64,000 bases of DNA from an uncultured Verrucomicrobiae bacterium. Its GTDB lineage: Bacteria > Verrucomicrobiota > Verrucomicrobiia > Chthoniobacterales > UBA10450. The DNA lies in NCBI GenBank assembly GCA_963735805.1, contig CAVTMK010000002.1:288001-352000 (forward strand). The letters run 5' to 3'. The first letter of the stretch is position 1, and each line of letters begins with the position of its first letter. A program made the position numbers and the translations under genes. Below, piece by piece: positions 19,020-29,734 of the stretch. The notes under the pieces were generated by a model, which saw nothing but the letters and a program-made list of their open reading frames with translations, had not been told where the DNA came from and ran no database searches.

Positions 19020-22000
19020 TCAAAAGTCATCAGGCGCGTCCGGTCGAATTTCCTCCTCGAGTTGCGAGGGCAGAAGTTGTTCTAGCCGATCCCATTCGGT
19101 TTGCAGTTCCTCTGCGGAGTAAAGTAAGAGACGGCCAAGCGCCGTTGAGAACAAACCGGCTTCCACTTCGAGCTCTGTAATTTCCCCCACCGCTTTCCAG
19201 TAGGCCGCCAGCTGCGGGCGGTAACGTGCGCGAAAGATTTCGGCATCGCTCGAGGAAACCTCATTTGTTTTCCAATCAAGCAGAAGACACCGGCCAGCTT
19301 TGCGATTAATCATGATCGAATCGATCAAACCTTCAAACACACTGCGGTCGTTCCGAAGCCAGGAAAATGGAAACTCGGCATGAAACAACGTTTCATCGCT
19401 GGCAAGGAAACGAGCGATGCTCGCGTCGCTGAACAAACTCTGGCGAGTGGCCTTCCAGTCTTCCGACGCAGCTTGTGCGTCGGGAGAAATCGGCAATTTT
19501 TGTTCGAATAACTTTTGCGCGGACTCGATTCCGCCTTTCCAATCCATGCGCTCGAAAAATTTGTGCCACCAGCGGCCATAGAGTGTTGCCAGATTGTCCA
19601 GCCGCGAGCGTGTCCGTACCTCTGCTGGGACGTCCGAATCGAGCGCGCTCGGTGTGACCTTGCGCACGAATTCCGAAGCGCGTTTCGCGGAGTCCTCGAG
19701 TTCGCGGGAAGTTAAAGGCTCGATTTCGGCGCCCTTTTTTCCCGGCGCCCGCCTCACGGTCGGAGAAGGTTCGAGGATTTCGTCGATCGTGTTGCTGTGT
19801 TGATCGAATTCGCCGGAATAAAAATCTTTGTCACGAAGCAGCCGTCGAAGTTGCGCTGTTCGTGGCAGCTTGCCGTCGCTGCTAGAGAAGATTTCCTGAT
19901 CGAGCACAATGACTAGCGCATGGCGTGCCCGCGTCGTTGCGACATAGAGAAGGCGTTCCAGCTCCTGCTTTTGGGCGCACTCAATCGCGTCTTTCAAATC
20001 CTTCGATTTGTCCTCTCTGCCGAACGCTATAATCAGTTCGCCATCCGCGGGCGATTTTACGAAATGCGGATAACGCGGCGATGGGAGCCGCAGGTCGCGC
20101 CCAAGAAATGGCACGATAACCGCCTGCCATTCAGACCCTTTTGCCTTATGCGAAGTGATAAGTTGGATCGCATTGTCGTCAGCGGAAAAACGGACGGCGC
20201 GTGGCGACGCGAAGTCGTTGCGTAACTGTTCGGCGAACCCAGCCAGGATTATTCCGTTCGCTTCCGCTTCCGCCGCTTGTGCGAGTAAGGCATCGAGCTC
20301 GCGTGCGAGATCGCCAAACTCCGTCGCGGGCAATAGGAGCAAACGCTCGCGCAAATGCGTTTTCTCGATGATCAATGTAACGGCATCAAATAACGCCAGA
20401 CCTTCCGCGCGTTGGCGAATTTCTGCGAGCATGTGCAAAACCGACGAAATTCTTCCGGTCGCTGACAAAATCTCGTCGATGCAAAATCTCGTTTTTTGCC
20501 CTTCGGAAAAGACGGCAAGATCGTGATCGGACCTGCCGAAGATCTCGCGGAGCACGCCGACAATTTCGTATGCGTTGAGCGGATCGGTCATGATTGTAAG
20601 GAGCGCGGTCAGCCACGCATAAGCCGGGCTGTCGCCTTTGACATCGCGTTCAGATTGGATCGCCACCGGCAAACCGAGGCGGCGTAACGCCGCGGCCATC
20701 GTTTGTAGCCAGGCTTTGCGCGGACAAAGAACCGCCACTTCCCGCCACGAATCGGCTGAAAGTTTTTGCAATCCCGCGCCCTTGATCCATCGCGCCAGAT
20801 ATTCCGCTTCGAGGCGTGCCTTCTGGTAGTCTTTGAGTTTTTTTCCTTCCGGGAGTAGTTGTTTCGCAACAAGCGGAACCCGAATGACTTTGCCCGGGAG
20901 AATTTCCGGGCGCGGTTGCAATTCGACGAAAGGGACCTGTCCGCCCTTGTTATTCAAAATCTCACGGAAAGTCTCGTTAACGAAATCGAGCTGCTTCTGG
21001 TCGAGCCGAAACGTGACGGCAAATTCCAGGCTCTCGCCATGCTTGTCGGCAATCAGCGCTTGATGAACACTCCGGTAATAACTCAGGTCTGCGCGCTGCC
21101 AGTAAATCGATTGCTGGAAATCGCCGACCATGCAGAAGTGCCCGGGGCGTGGACCTAAACGTCGATCTTGCAGCCAAAGTCCCTCGGCTTCCGGCGGGCG
21201 CGTCGCTTCCAGTAGCACGGAAAATTGCAGCGGCTCTGTGTCCTGGGCCTCGTCGAGGATGACCCGGAAGTTTTCTTCGCGAATTCTTTGCGCGGCGACG
21301 GGATGTCGCAGCAACTTTTCCGCAAGCGCGATTTGATCTCCGTAGGTGACGAGTCCACGGTCGAGTCGAAAATCGAGATAATCACGTTGTACCTCCGCCG
21401 CGACGCAGTTGGCCGCCTCGCAGATCCATTTTCGCAGAGGCGCAAATTTTTCTTGCCAGAGCTGAGTGAACCTGGCGTTTGGGGCTGTGAAACATATCGG
21501 CCATCGCAGATATTCCCAATCGCCGGCGAGACGCGTTTCCCATTCGCGCAATTCCGCCTGCGATTTAGGGATGTTGTCGTTCCCCTTTCCCTTATCCAAT
21601 TGTGAGTAGACCTCAGCGAAATCGAGCGGCGGACATGGTGACAACCCTGGCACCTGCAAAACAGTCGAGCGCGCACGTCGGGCCAGCTCCATCAGGTCGC
21701 GCGCCTGCACGAAACGCAGAAGCGTGGCCCGGTCTTTTCCGCCTAATGACCTGCCAATTCGAGTTTGGTTTTGTGCAAACTCCTGCCAGAGGTCGTCGTC
21801 GTCCTCGACCAACTCGAGCGGTGCAGGCAAACCGAGAAAATGACCGAAGTCGGTCAGAAGTTTCATGCAAAACGAATGGATTGTGCCGAAAAAGGCACGA
21901 TTGAATGCAGTCTGTACGTCCGGTCTCAAATTTTCCTGGAGCAAAGCTTGCCGCGTGCGCTGTTGCATTTCGTCGGCTGCACGATTGGTGAAGGTGACGA

Positions 22001-22178
22001 CGACCAGAGACGGCAGAATTTTCACGGCGTTTGGCGAACGTGCGATCGCCAAAACTCGCTTCGTGATCGCAGTCGTTTTGCCTGAACCCGCCGAGGCGAC
22101 TACAGAAAAATTGCGATCCAGCTCGCTTGCAAAACGAGTGCGCGCGGCTTCGTCGCGCGGCTTCACCATGTTTCCCAC
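19020..22178 (-). CDS. addA: AddA/RecB-like UvrD helicase-nuclease
   Basis: ASAGSGKT, TFTNRAADEM, DEAQDT, VGDFQQSIY, HKAKGSEW, RLLYVATTRAR; C-terminal G.ID...LLDWKT...QLAAY nuclease. Confidence 0.88.
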   Translation of the reverse strand: MGNMVKPRDEAARTRFASELDRNFSVVASAGSGKTTAITKRVLAIARSPNAVKILPSLVVVTFTNRAADEMQQRTRQALLQENLRPDVQTAFNRAFFGTIHSFCMKLLTDFGHFLGLPAPLELVEDDDDLWQEFAQNQTRIGRSLGGKDRATLLRFVQARDLMELARRARSTVLQVPGLSPCPPLDFAEVYSQLDKGKGNDNIPKSQAELREWETRLAGDWEYLRWPICFTAPNARFTQLWQEKFAPLRKWICEAANCVAAEVQRDYLDFRLDRGLVTYGDQIALAEKLLRHPVAAQRIREENFRVILDEAQDTEPLQFSVLLEATRPPEAEGLWLQDRRLGPRPGHFCMVGDFQQSIYWQRADLSYYRSVHQALIADKHGESLEFAVTFRLDQKQLDFVNETFREILNNKGGQVPFVELQPRPEILPGKVIRVPLVAKQLLPEGKKLKDYQKARLEAEYLARWIKGAGLQKLSADSWREVAVLCPRKAWLQTMAAALRRLGLPVAIQSERDVKGDSPAYAWLTALLTIMTDPLNAYEIVGVLREIFGRSDHDLAVFSEGQKTRFCIDEILSATGRISSVLHMLAEIRQRAEGLALFDAVTLIIEKTHLRERLLLLPATEFGDLARELDALLAQAAEAEANGIILAGFAEQLRNDFASPRAVRFSADDNAIQLITSHKAKGSEWQAVIVPFLGRDLRLPSPRYPHFVKSPADGELIIAFGREDKSKDLKDAIECAQKQELERLLYVATTRARHALVIVLDQEIFSSSDGKLPRTAQLRRLLRDKDFYSGEFDQHSNTIDEILEPSPTVRRAPGKKGAEIEPLTSRELEDSAKRASEFVRKVTPSALDSDVPAEVRTRSRLDNLATLYGRWWHKFFERMDWKGGIESAQKLFEQKLPISPDAQAASEDWKATRQSLFSDASIARFLASDETLFHAEFPFSWLRNDRSVFEGLIDSIMINRKAGRCLLLDWKTNEVSSSDAEIFRARYRPQLAAYWKAVGEITELEVEAGLFSTALGRLLLYSAEELQTEWDRLEQLLPSQLEEEIRPDAPDDF

Positions 22179-25153
22179 TCCTCTTTCTCAAGGACGAGCG
22201 CTGGGTGGGTCAGCGCCCATTTATCTTCCAGAATATCGTTGTCGATTTGCAACGTCGCGAACGGATAGGGGGCGCTGTAACCAAAAGCCGGGCGGATATC
22301 ACCTTTCATCCCGAAAACCCCGGTGCGTTGCATTTCCGCGAGATCGGCAAAGACGTCCGTATGCGATGCAAGATCGGCAACGGATAATTGTGGAGCGACG
22401 TTTTTAACCGCAAGCGAAATAATGCTCACGTTCACTTCGGCGGCGCCTCGCTCGCGTATGGCTAACGCATAAAGGCCGAGCTGCAACGTTGTGCCTTTGA
22501 CCAGATTGTCGTGTAGATCGGAGGCCTTCAGTTCCCTGGTGGAACCGGTTTTGTAATCGACAATCCAGATCTTTTGGCCGGCGAAACTGGCCGCGTCATT
22601 TTGCGCGAGCACCAAATCGATTTGACCGTGCAGATCAAGCTCCACGCCATCGGCAATTTTCAACGCCCCTTCGCGACCGACGGACAACTCCGTCGCCATC
22701 CACTTCCATTCTTTCGCACCTCCGATTTTGGCGCCCAGGTGCCGCGCGAGATAGCGTGCATTCAACCAGCCGGAGTTCCACCAATCAGGGACGGCTTTGC
22801 CTAACGAGTCGCAAAGATGTCGAAGCTCCGCACAGCGTTTATCCGCGGCCAGCCGGACGCGGCTATCGATCTCTTTCAGGGAAGGAAACGCCGAGAAAAT
22901 TCTTCCGTCCCGAGCTTCGATAATATTCGCCAGCCAGTGATGCACCCATTTCCCAGTCGCCGCTGCCCAGGGATTCGCGACGTCCTCCGATGCTTCCACG
23001 CCAAGATAACGCTTCATCCAAATAATCGCTGGCGACGAAACCATTCGTTCGAGATCGCTCACACTCAGCGTCGGCACCGGTCGATACGACTCGTTGGGCC
23101 GCAAAGCGAAATCGTATTCTCCCGCTGGTTTAGAGGGGTCGCGACGCGTGTTGAATGCAATCAGGGTTTGCTCCACATCCGTCGCTACGCCGGCAGGCGT
23201 CGCCAACAGCGCAGTGGCGCGCCGCAGATTTTTCAGCGTCGTTTGGGTGAGCGGTTCACCTCGCGTTTTGAGATAAAGCTCGGTAAAACATTCGCTTGGA
23301 TTCCAAAACCGTTCCGGCGCGTCCTCCTGCACCAGACTGGCCGCCAGCGTCACGCCTTCGGCAGCCGATTCGAGGAGCGCGTCGAATTGCCGCAACGCGA
23401 TCGCGCGTTGTTCGCCCGGCCCGAGATAGAGCGAATGATTTTCGCGCACACTGGTATGGCCCTCGCCCTGGCTTCCCTGGCGCGCGGCGCGCTTGTTGAG
23501 CTGTTGGACGCTGCGATTGAAGGCGCGAATCTCTTCCGGGCGTGCAAACTCCGCGCCAGTTGGGGGCGGCCAGGCCCCTTCGTTCCAGCCGGCGAGAATC
23601 AAGTGCGACCATTCCTGGTTTTGCGCACGTGCTACTGTCAGCAATTGCACGCGCGCATACGGATGGTCGCCTGCGGCTGAGCGGGCGCGTTCTGAGGTGG
23701 CAACCGTTTCTTTCAGCCAGCGCAAAAAAAGCACGCGCGAAAATTTGGCATCGACGTGCTGCGACCAATCATGCGCAACGTTGGCAAGTTCGAGTGCGTG
23801 TTGCTTCCATTTGAGATGGGCAAAAGCGGCATGAGTCTGTTCGAGAAACTGCGCGAGCGTGGCTCGCGGCGGGAGCAACGGCAGCGCTCGCAAGGCTTCG
23901 GCGGCTGACTGAAATTTGTCATCCACGCGCGTGGCACAGAATTCGTGCAGCAGCTCGAGATCGTCCAGCAACACCTCCGTGTAACTATCGCGCAGAATTT
24001 TTTCGAAAACTTGCCGGCTGATCTTGGGTGATACGAGTGCTGGGTCGGGCAACGCATTTAGAAAGCGCAGAAACGAATTGAGTCGTGGCGCGCGTTGCAG
24101 TTCGATCCATGCCTGCCACTCTGCCGATTCGAAAATGCCGGGTACGATATGGGCGAGTCCGTCATTGTGTGGGATTTCAAGCCGCTCCAGCGAGTTCGCG
24201 ACCAGACGCGGCAAGGCCCCGCCGCGGGGAAAAATCACCCCGAGCCGCGTGCATTTCTCATCTGCCAAATAACGGATGCATTGCCCGGTGATCGCTTCGG
24301 CCTGTTCCGAAAAGTTTGTACCGATCAGAAAATCGACGCGTTTTGCCGTTTCCGCGCCTCCGCGCATTTCTATTTCGCTAAAAAGCGAATCGCCGAGCTC
24401 GGTGGTCGCTCTTGGCGAGCGTTGGGCTTCGCCACAGATTTCTTCCCAGGAACCGACCCAGCAAAGATCGACATCCGAAAAGTTCTGCCGTGGTTCCTCG
24501 AGCACGATCGTGGCGTTTTCTGCCAGTTGGACCGCGGTGCGCAGGAGAAACCACTCTGCCCAATGCCCGCCGTCAAATCCCGTGATAAGCACGTGGGAAA
24601 ATTCTCGTCTGCCACGTGCGGCTTCTTTCAAACGCTTTCGATCAGCCTCGCCGGGAAGTACAAACCCGCATTTTTTCAGCAGTTCGTTAAAACGCTCAAC
24701 CACTGGTACAAACGACGACAACCCAAGTTCTTGAAATTTCCAACCGGCAGTCTCGAGGCGATCTAATGCACGCAGCAGTAGCGCGGGTGCTCGAGCAACA
24801 GCTTTGGCCGCAAGCGCTTCAGAGTCGTTACGCCGATTTTCCATTTCGCTGGCCGCAATCGCGAGAAGCAAACGCAGATGTTCAAGCTCAGCACCCGGCG
24901 CCGCGTCATCACGCGCGAGTAAAGCACGCACGCTTGCCGGCGTAGCAAACCGCAAACCGAGATACGAAGAGTTTTTTTCAATCAGGCGCGTCTTGAGATC
25001 GTTGACGTGTCCACGCGTTGGGACCACGACCAGGGAAGGCAACGGGTGTTTCCAAGCCCCCGGCACAACTCGTTCGAACCAGGGCGCAATCGCATCGTCC
25101 CAAGCTTCCTGAACGGACGGCGCAACGAGTAGAACTGGCCGTGATCGTTTCAT
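22163..25153 (-). CDS. addB: AddB-like inactive-helicase/PD-(D/E)XK nuclease subunit
   Basis: Overlaps addA; C-terminal LSVSDLE, GQIDLV, IVDYKTG, LQLGLY. Confidence 0.8.
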   Translation of the reverse strand: MKRSRPVLLVAPSVQEAWDDAIAPWFERVVPGAWKHPLPSLVVVPTRGHVNDLKTRLIEKNSSYLGLRFATPASVRALLARDDAAPGAELEHLRLLLAIAASEMENRRNDSEALAAKAVARAPALLLRALDRLETAGWKFQELGLSSFVPVVERFNELLKKCGFVLPGEADRKRLKEAARGRREFSHVLITGFDGGHWAEWFLLRTAVQLAENATIVLEEPRQNFSDVDLCWVGSWEEICGEAQRSPRATTELGDSLFSEIEMRGGAETAKRVDFLIGTNFSEQAEAITGQCIRYLADEKCTRLGVIFPRGGALPRLVANSLERLEIPHNDGLAHIVPGIFESAEWQAWIELQRAPRLNSFLRFLNALPDPALVSPKISRQVFEKILRDSYTEVLLDDLELLHEFCATRVDDKFQSAAEALRALPLLPPRATLAQFLEQTHAAFAHLKWKQHALELANVAHDWSQHVDAKFSRVLFLRWLKETVATSERARSAAGDHPYARVQLLTVARAQNQEWSHLILAGWNEGAWPPPTGAEFARPEEIRAFNRSVQQLNKRAARQGSQGEGHTSVRENHSLYLGPGEQRAIALRQFDALLESAAEGVTLAASLVQEDAPERFWNPSECFTELYLKTRGEPLTQTTLKNLRRATALLATPAGVATDVEQTLIAFNTRRDPSKPAGEYDFALRPNESYRPVPTLSVSDLERMVSSPAIIWMKRYLGVEASEDVANPWAAATGKWVHHWLANIIEARDGRIFSAFPSLKEIDSRVRLAADKRCAELRHLCDSLGKAVPDWWNSGWLNARYLARHLGAKIGGAKEWKWMATELSVGREGALKIADGVELDLHGQIDLVLAQNDAASFAGQKIWIVDYKTGSTRELKASDLHDNLVKGTTLQLGLYALAIRERGAAEVNVSIISLAVKNVAPQLSVADLASHTDVFADLAEMQRTGVFGMKGDIRPAFGYSAPYPFATLQIDNDILEDKWALTHPALVLEKEEWETW

Positions 25154-27060
25154 GGTTGCATGGTCCCTGCCAAGCTGCGCTTGTCGCCACTGCGCCGTGT
25201 GAACCCTTCGCGATCGAGTCTCTCAAGAAATGGAACCATGATTCGCCGTGAACTCTCGAGTGCCTGTCTCAGTTCGCTCACCGTAGCTGGTCCATTTTTG
25301 GAAATGAAATCAGCGACGGCATTTTTCATGCGTTCAAAGTTCTCGCGCAACAGCACCACGTCCGGAACGATTTCAATTACTTTTCCACTTTCTATCAAAA
25401 ATTTGAGTATTCGTTGCGCCTCCGGGTCTCGTTCGATGTCTCTCCGGGGCGGGGGATCGAACGGTTTCTTGCATAGCGCCTCGTGAATTTTGGCTGCGAC
25501 AGGTTGCAGCTTCACCGGCAAAGCCGGTCGATGTGAACGTCGTGCAATCGTTGTTTCTCTCCGAGCGAAATCACCCGAACACAGGTCCGTCACGAGCGCC
25601 TCGAAAACGTCCGTCGATTTGTCGCGTAGCGCGGCGCGCAGATCGCTCACATTGAAACCAACCCGTTCGGGATTCTTGTCTAGTGCGTTGTCAATCAGAC
25701 GCGTGGCACGGTTTCGCAACGCCTGCCAGCGATTCGGATTGGCGGCGATTTTCTCTTGCATGACGATCTCCTTTTGATGTTGGAGGTCCCGTAACGCGTC
25801 AGCGATCTCGCTGCTGCTGAAGCGAGATTTACCAAGCAAATCTTGAATCGACAAAAAGCCGCGGAGTCCAACTTCGGAGCGCACCCAGGCACCGATGTCA
25901 TTTGGGGACAGGGCGCGATCCATCAACAATTTGCGTTTCGCTTCGTCGCGAAATTCCGTGCCATCTGGATCAAGCACTATCCCGCCACCGAGCGTGTGTT
26001 GTTCGGATGGATCGCGACTAACAAAACGATCGCCGGCGAATACGAAAATTGGCGATGCGAGCCTTAGCTGAGCGATTTCTGTTTTGCCTGGCTCAAGAAG
26101 CCGATTTTCAAAGAACCGGACCTTCGCCATGGTCCACGATGTTCCGTGATGGACGTGCACTGACGAACCGTTTTTCAACGGCCGCACGCCCGGATTTTCG
26201 CGAGGAAGCCGCGGTGATTTTTCCAGAAGGGCAATAAGCGTCGAATTTGCAGGCGCCAACTCGCCAATCGTGACAGCATTGCCCCGGCTGATCTGCTCGA
26301 CGCTGAAGTCCGGCAGACTAATTGCGGTTCGCATTCCCGGTTGGGCAACCTCCAACTCGCGTCCGTGACTTTGAATTGAACGAATGCGTCCCTCAAGACT
26401 GCCCGGTTGGACGACAATCTTCTGGTCGCGGCGCAGTTGTCCACCAGTCAATGTGCCCGTGACCACGGTGCCGATTCCGCGCAGGGTAAACACGCGATCG
26501 ATAAACAAGCGCGGCTTTCCGTAGTCGCGCGGTGGATGCAGCCTGGCGAACTCGCGGGCAAGCGCGCTTTTCAAGGTTTCAATACCTTCATTAGTGCGAA
26601 CCGAGGTTGCGATGATTTGGGCGTTCGAAAAAGGGCTGTCCTGCAGATGGTCACGAATTTGTCGGGTAACATTCTCGACCCCTCCCAGGTCGCATTTGGA
26701 GAGGGCAATCACTGCGCGCTGTACGCCGAGGTAGGTCAAAATTTGCAGATGCTCCTCGGTCTGCGGCATCCAGCCGTCGTCCGCAGCAACAACCAAAAGC
26801 GCGAGATCGATCGACCCGACGCCTGCAATCATGTTTCGAACAAAATCCTCGTGACCTGGCACATCGACGATTCCAATGTGAAGCCGCTGCTCGTCAGGAC
26901 TGACAAGGTTCAACTCCGCGAAACCGAGATCGATTGTGATTTGTCTCTCCTTTTCCTCGGGCAGCCGATCAGGGTCGGTTCCCGTGAGCACCTTCACCAG
27001 TGCGCTTTTGCCGTGATCGACATGCCCTGCAGTTGCGAGAATGAAGTGCTTCATTGTCAT
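25150..27060 (-). CDS. selB: Selenocysteine-specific elongation factor
   Basis: TAGHVDHGKS, DRLPEEKERQITIDLGF, DVPGHEDF, MPQTEEH; C-terminal winged-helix SRR...PFLE.LD..G.TRR.GD.R. Confidence 0.96.
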   Translation of the reverse strand: MTMKHFILATAGHVDHGKSALVKVLTGTDPDRLPEEKERQITIDLGFAELNLVSPDEQRLHIGIVDVPGHEDFVRNMIAGVGSIDLALLVVAADDGWMPQTEEHLQILTYLGVQRAVIALSKCDLGGVENVTRQIRDHLQDSPFSNAQIIATSVRTNEGIETLKSALAREFARLHPPRDYGKPRLFIDRVFTLRGIGTVVTGTLTGGQLRRDQKIVVQPGSLEGRIRSIQSHGRELEVAQPGMRTAISLPDFSVEQISRGNAVTIGELAPANSTLIALLEKSPRLPRENPGVRPLKNGSSVHVHHGTSWTMAKVRFFENRLLEPGKTEIAQLRLASPIFVFAGDRFVSRDPSEQHTLGGGIVLDPDGTEFRDEAKRKLLMDRALSPNDIGAWVRSEVGLRGFLSIQDLLGKSRFSSSEIADALRDLQHQKEIVMQEKIAANPNRWQALRNRATRLIDNALDKNPERVGFNVSDLRAALRDKSTDVFEALVTDLCSGDFARRETTIARRSHRPALPVKLQPVAAKIHEALCKKPFDPPPRRDIERDPEAQRILKFLIESGKVIEIVPDVVLLRENFERMKNAVADFISKNGPATVSELRQALESSRRIMVPFLERLDREGFTRRSGDKRSLAGTMQP

Positions 27061-27083
27061 CTCGTTTCAACTCAACGATGCCG

Positions 27084-27193
27084 TGTCATCCTGAACGAAG
27101 TGAAAGACCTCACACAGGGTGATTGATCACCACTCACGTTAAGAGTATTCCCAGGCTTCGACTGTGAGATCCCCTCGCTCTGCTCGGGATAAC
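27084..27193. repeat. Imperfect inverted-repeat (REP-like doublet) between selA and selB
   Basis: GTCATCCTGAACGAAGTGAAAGACCTCACA pairs imperfectly with the reverse complement of TGTGAGATCCCCTCGCTCTGCTCGGGATAAC. Confidence 0.6.
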
Positions 27194-27209
27194 GACTCTG
27201 TCGAATGTC

Positions 27210-28583
27210 TTAAACACGTTCGAAACATGCTGCGCGAATTGCCTCGATCACCGCCTTATCTTGTTGCGGGAAAATCGTGCGGAGATCTATCTTCAAACGG
27301 TTGTTCGCAATATAACCAATGAGTGGCGGCGCTGACTTGCGCAAGCGCGCGGCGAACTCCACAGGCGAACAATTTTTCGGCAGGATTTCAATCGCAACAG
27401 ACGACGTCATTGATTTGGGCAATGTGCCACCGCCGATTCTGCCTGTGCTGCGGCCAATCGCGATCTGGAACGGCAAGTCATTCAGACGGTCCTTTATCGC
27501 CACGGCTCGATTGCACAATTCGTCTTCGGTGGCTTGCAACATCCCAATCGCCGGAATTTCCTCCGACGCTTGATTAAGATGAAGATCGATTGTTGCCTGC
27601 AGCGCCGCGAAGCAAAGTTTGTCACAACGCAGGGCGCGAAATAGAGGTTCGCGTTTTAAGGCACGCACGAATCGCCTCTTCCCAACGATAATTCCTGCCT
27701 GTGGCCCGCAGAATAACTTGTCGCCGCTAAAGCAAACAAGGTCCGCTCCCGTTTTTAACGCCTCCCATGGTGTCGGTTCGTGTTCGGCAATCCCTAATTG
27801 TTCAGTGGAGACAACCGCGCCGCTGCCCAAATCCTCCACAAAAGGAATTCGCTTTTTTCGCGCGAGAGCGGCGATGGATGCCGCGGGTGGCGATTCGACA
27901 AAACCGCTCATAAAAAAATTGCTGCGATGAACCTTCAGAATCATCGCGCTCCTGGAATTAATCGCGCGCCTGTAATCATCGAGCGTCGTTTTGTTGGTGG
28001 CTCCAACTTCACGCAAGGTGGCTCCGGTGGCTTCGATGATCTCGCCAATTCGAAAACCGCCCCCGATTTGAACCATCTCACCGCGCGAAATTATCACGTC
28101 CGATTTCGCCGCGGTGAAATATTGAACAATCAAGACTAACGCTGCCGCGCAATTGTTGACCACGGTAGCGGCTTCAGCTCCGCAAAGCAGCGCAAGCCCG
28201 TTCTCGATATATGCCCCGCGATTCCCGCGTTCGCCTGTCGCAAGATCGTATTCCAGATTGGAGTAGCCCGCGCCAACTTCCACGAGAGCTCGGATTGCTT
28301 CGGGTGCAAGCGGCGTACGTCCGAAGTTCGTATGAATTACAACACCAGTTCCGTTGATGACCGGTTGCAGTCGGCTGGCTCGAATCAATTCGAGCGAACG
28401 ACGGAGGTGCTTAACCGTCGATTCGAATTCTGGAATATCGCTGTTGCTTCGTATCTTCGACAGTTCCTGGCGGACCAGATAGACAACCAGTGGACGCGGC
28501 AGGTCATATTTTCCCAACGCATCAAGAACCTTGTTAACGGCAGGAATTTCTCGGCGCGAGCGCGGCTTCACTCTTTTACGCAT
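27210..28583 (-). CDS. selA: L-seryl-tRNA(Sec) selenium transferase
   Basis: VINGTGVVIHTNFGR, YSNLEYDL, VVNNCAAA, SRGE...IGGGFRI, EDLGSG, FSGDKL (PLP Lys), GPQAG. Confidence 0.96.
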   Translation of the reverse strand: MRKRVKPRSRREIPAVNKVLDALGKYDLPRPLVVYLVRQELSKIRSNSDIPEFESTVKHLRRSLELIRASRLQPVINGTGVVIHTNFGRTPLAPEAIRALVEVGAGYSNLEYDLATGERGNRGAYIENGLALLCGAEAATVVNNCAAALVLIVQYFTAAKSDVIISRGEMVQIGGGFRIGEIIEATGATLREVGATNKTTLDDYRRAINSRSAMILKVHRSNFFMSGFVESPPAASIAALARKKRIPFVEDLGSGAVVSTEQLGIAEHEPTPWEALKTGADLVCFSGDKLFCGPQAGIIVGKRRFVRALKREPLFRALRCDKLCFAALQATIDLHLNQASEEIPAIGMLQATEDELCNRAVAIKDRLNDLPFQIAIGRSTGRIGGGTLPKSMTSSVAIEILPKNCSPVEFAARLRKSAPPLIGYIANNRLKIDLRTIFPQQDKAVIEAIRAACFERV

Positions 28584-29626
28584 ATCAATGGGCCACGAGG
28601 TCGTTGGGTACTAATCCTTCCGATGACGGCAGCGCAGGGCGTTCGCCTTTGCCGCAAGAGTCCGAGCACTTTCTCGAGCTTCCCCTCGGCGACGCACAGG
28701 AGTAATCCGCCGCTGGTTTGTGCGTCGGTTAAGAGAATTCGGCGCGAGTCATCTGTGCTTCCCCAATCGACAGCGACGGTTGTGGCGACGAAATTTTCGC
28801 TGCTGCCGCCGGGGATGCAGCCTTGCTCGATTAAGTCGGCGATCTCTTCGGTAATCGTGGGCACCGTTCGCGAATCGAGTTGTGCGGATACGCCACTGGC
28901 ACGACAGAGCGAAATCAAATGGCCCATTAGTCCGTACCCGGTTACGTCCGTCGCTGCGCGCACCAGGCGAAGCTCGGCCAGTTCGGCACCTACAGTGTTC
29001 ACTTTCGACATCAGTGCGATGACCTTTTTCTGTAGTGTGCGCGACGCAACTCCGCGTTTGATCGCAGTGGTGGCGATCCCTGTGCCCAGCGGTTTAGTCA
29101 ACACGAGCAGATCGCCGGGTTGCGCGTTTGCGTTTGTTGTCAGGCGACGAACATCGATGATCCCGGTAACAGCCAGTCCGTAAATGGGCTCTGGATTGCG
29201 AATAGAATGGCCGCCGATAATGGTGCAACCCACTTCGGCAGCTTTGGCGAGACCACCACGTAAAATCGCAGCAATCACTCTTGGCCGAACCAGGTCTGCC
29301 GGGAATCCAACGATGTTCAGTGCAGTCAACGGTCGCCCGCCCATAGCAAAGATGTCCGAGAGCGAATTCGCGGCCGCGATTTGTCCATATGAGAATGGGT
29401 CGTCCACGATGGGTGTAAAAAAGTCCACGGTTTGAACAAGAGCGCGGTGGCGATCGAGGCGATAAACGCCGGCATCGTCGAACGTACTCGAGTTCACGAT
29501 CACATTTCGGTCCAAAGAAAGCGGAAGCTGCGGCAAAACTTGTCGCAGGGCCTTTTGGCTCAATTTGGAAGCTCACCCGGCGCAGGATGAAAGCGAAGTC
29601 AGCCTCCGGACTTGCTCACGTGGCAT
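28568..29626 (-). CDS. selD: Selenide, water dikinase; selenoprotein form (Sec at codon 18), 352 aa
   Basis: Extends past the ORF-track call: GGAGGT SD, then ATG at 29626, MPREQVRRLTSLSSCAG-UGA(29573-29575)-ASKLSQ. Body has DDAGVY, QTVDFFTPIVDDP, AAANSLSD, TDVTGYGL, DAQTSGGLL. Confidence 0.95.
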
Positions 29627-29653
29627 GTGTAGTCACCTCCTTTTTCAAAGTGC

Positions 29654-29725
29654 TGTAGCCACGGCGGTGTGTCGCCGTGGATTGTTGAAACCCTGCGTAC
29701 GCCTCGACTCAGCGAGGCGGCTACA
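29654..29725. repeat. REP doublet (TGTAGCC...GGCTACA family) between selC and selD
   Basis: TGTAGCCACGGCGGTGTGTCGCCGTG...CGCCTCGACTCAGCGAGGCGGCTACA, same family as the arrays around the RAYT. Confidence 0.85.
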
Positions 29726-29734
29726 GAAATTGGA

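Noticed and set aside
22817..23680. Long plus-strand ORFs opposite addB, selB, cusR and the paralogs (e.g. 26407, 35589, 39108)
   Set aside because: They lie antisense to well-supported genes and have no recognisable motifs.
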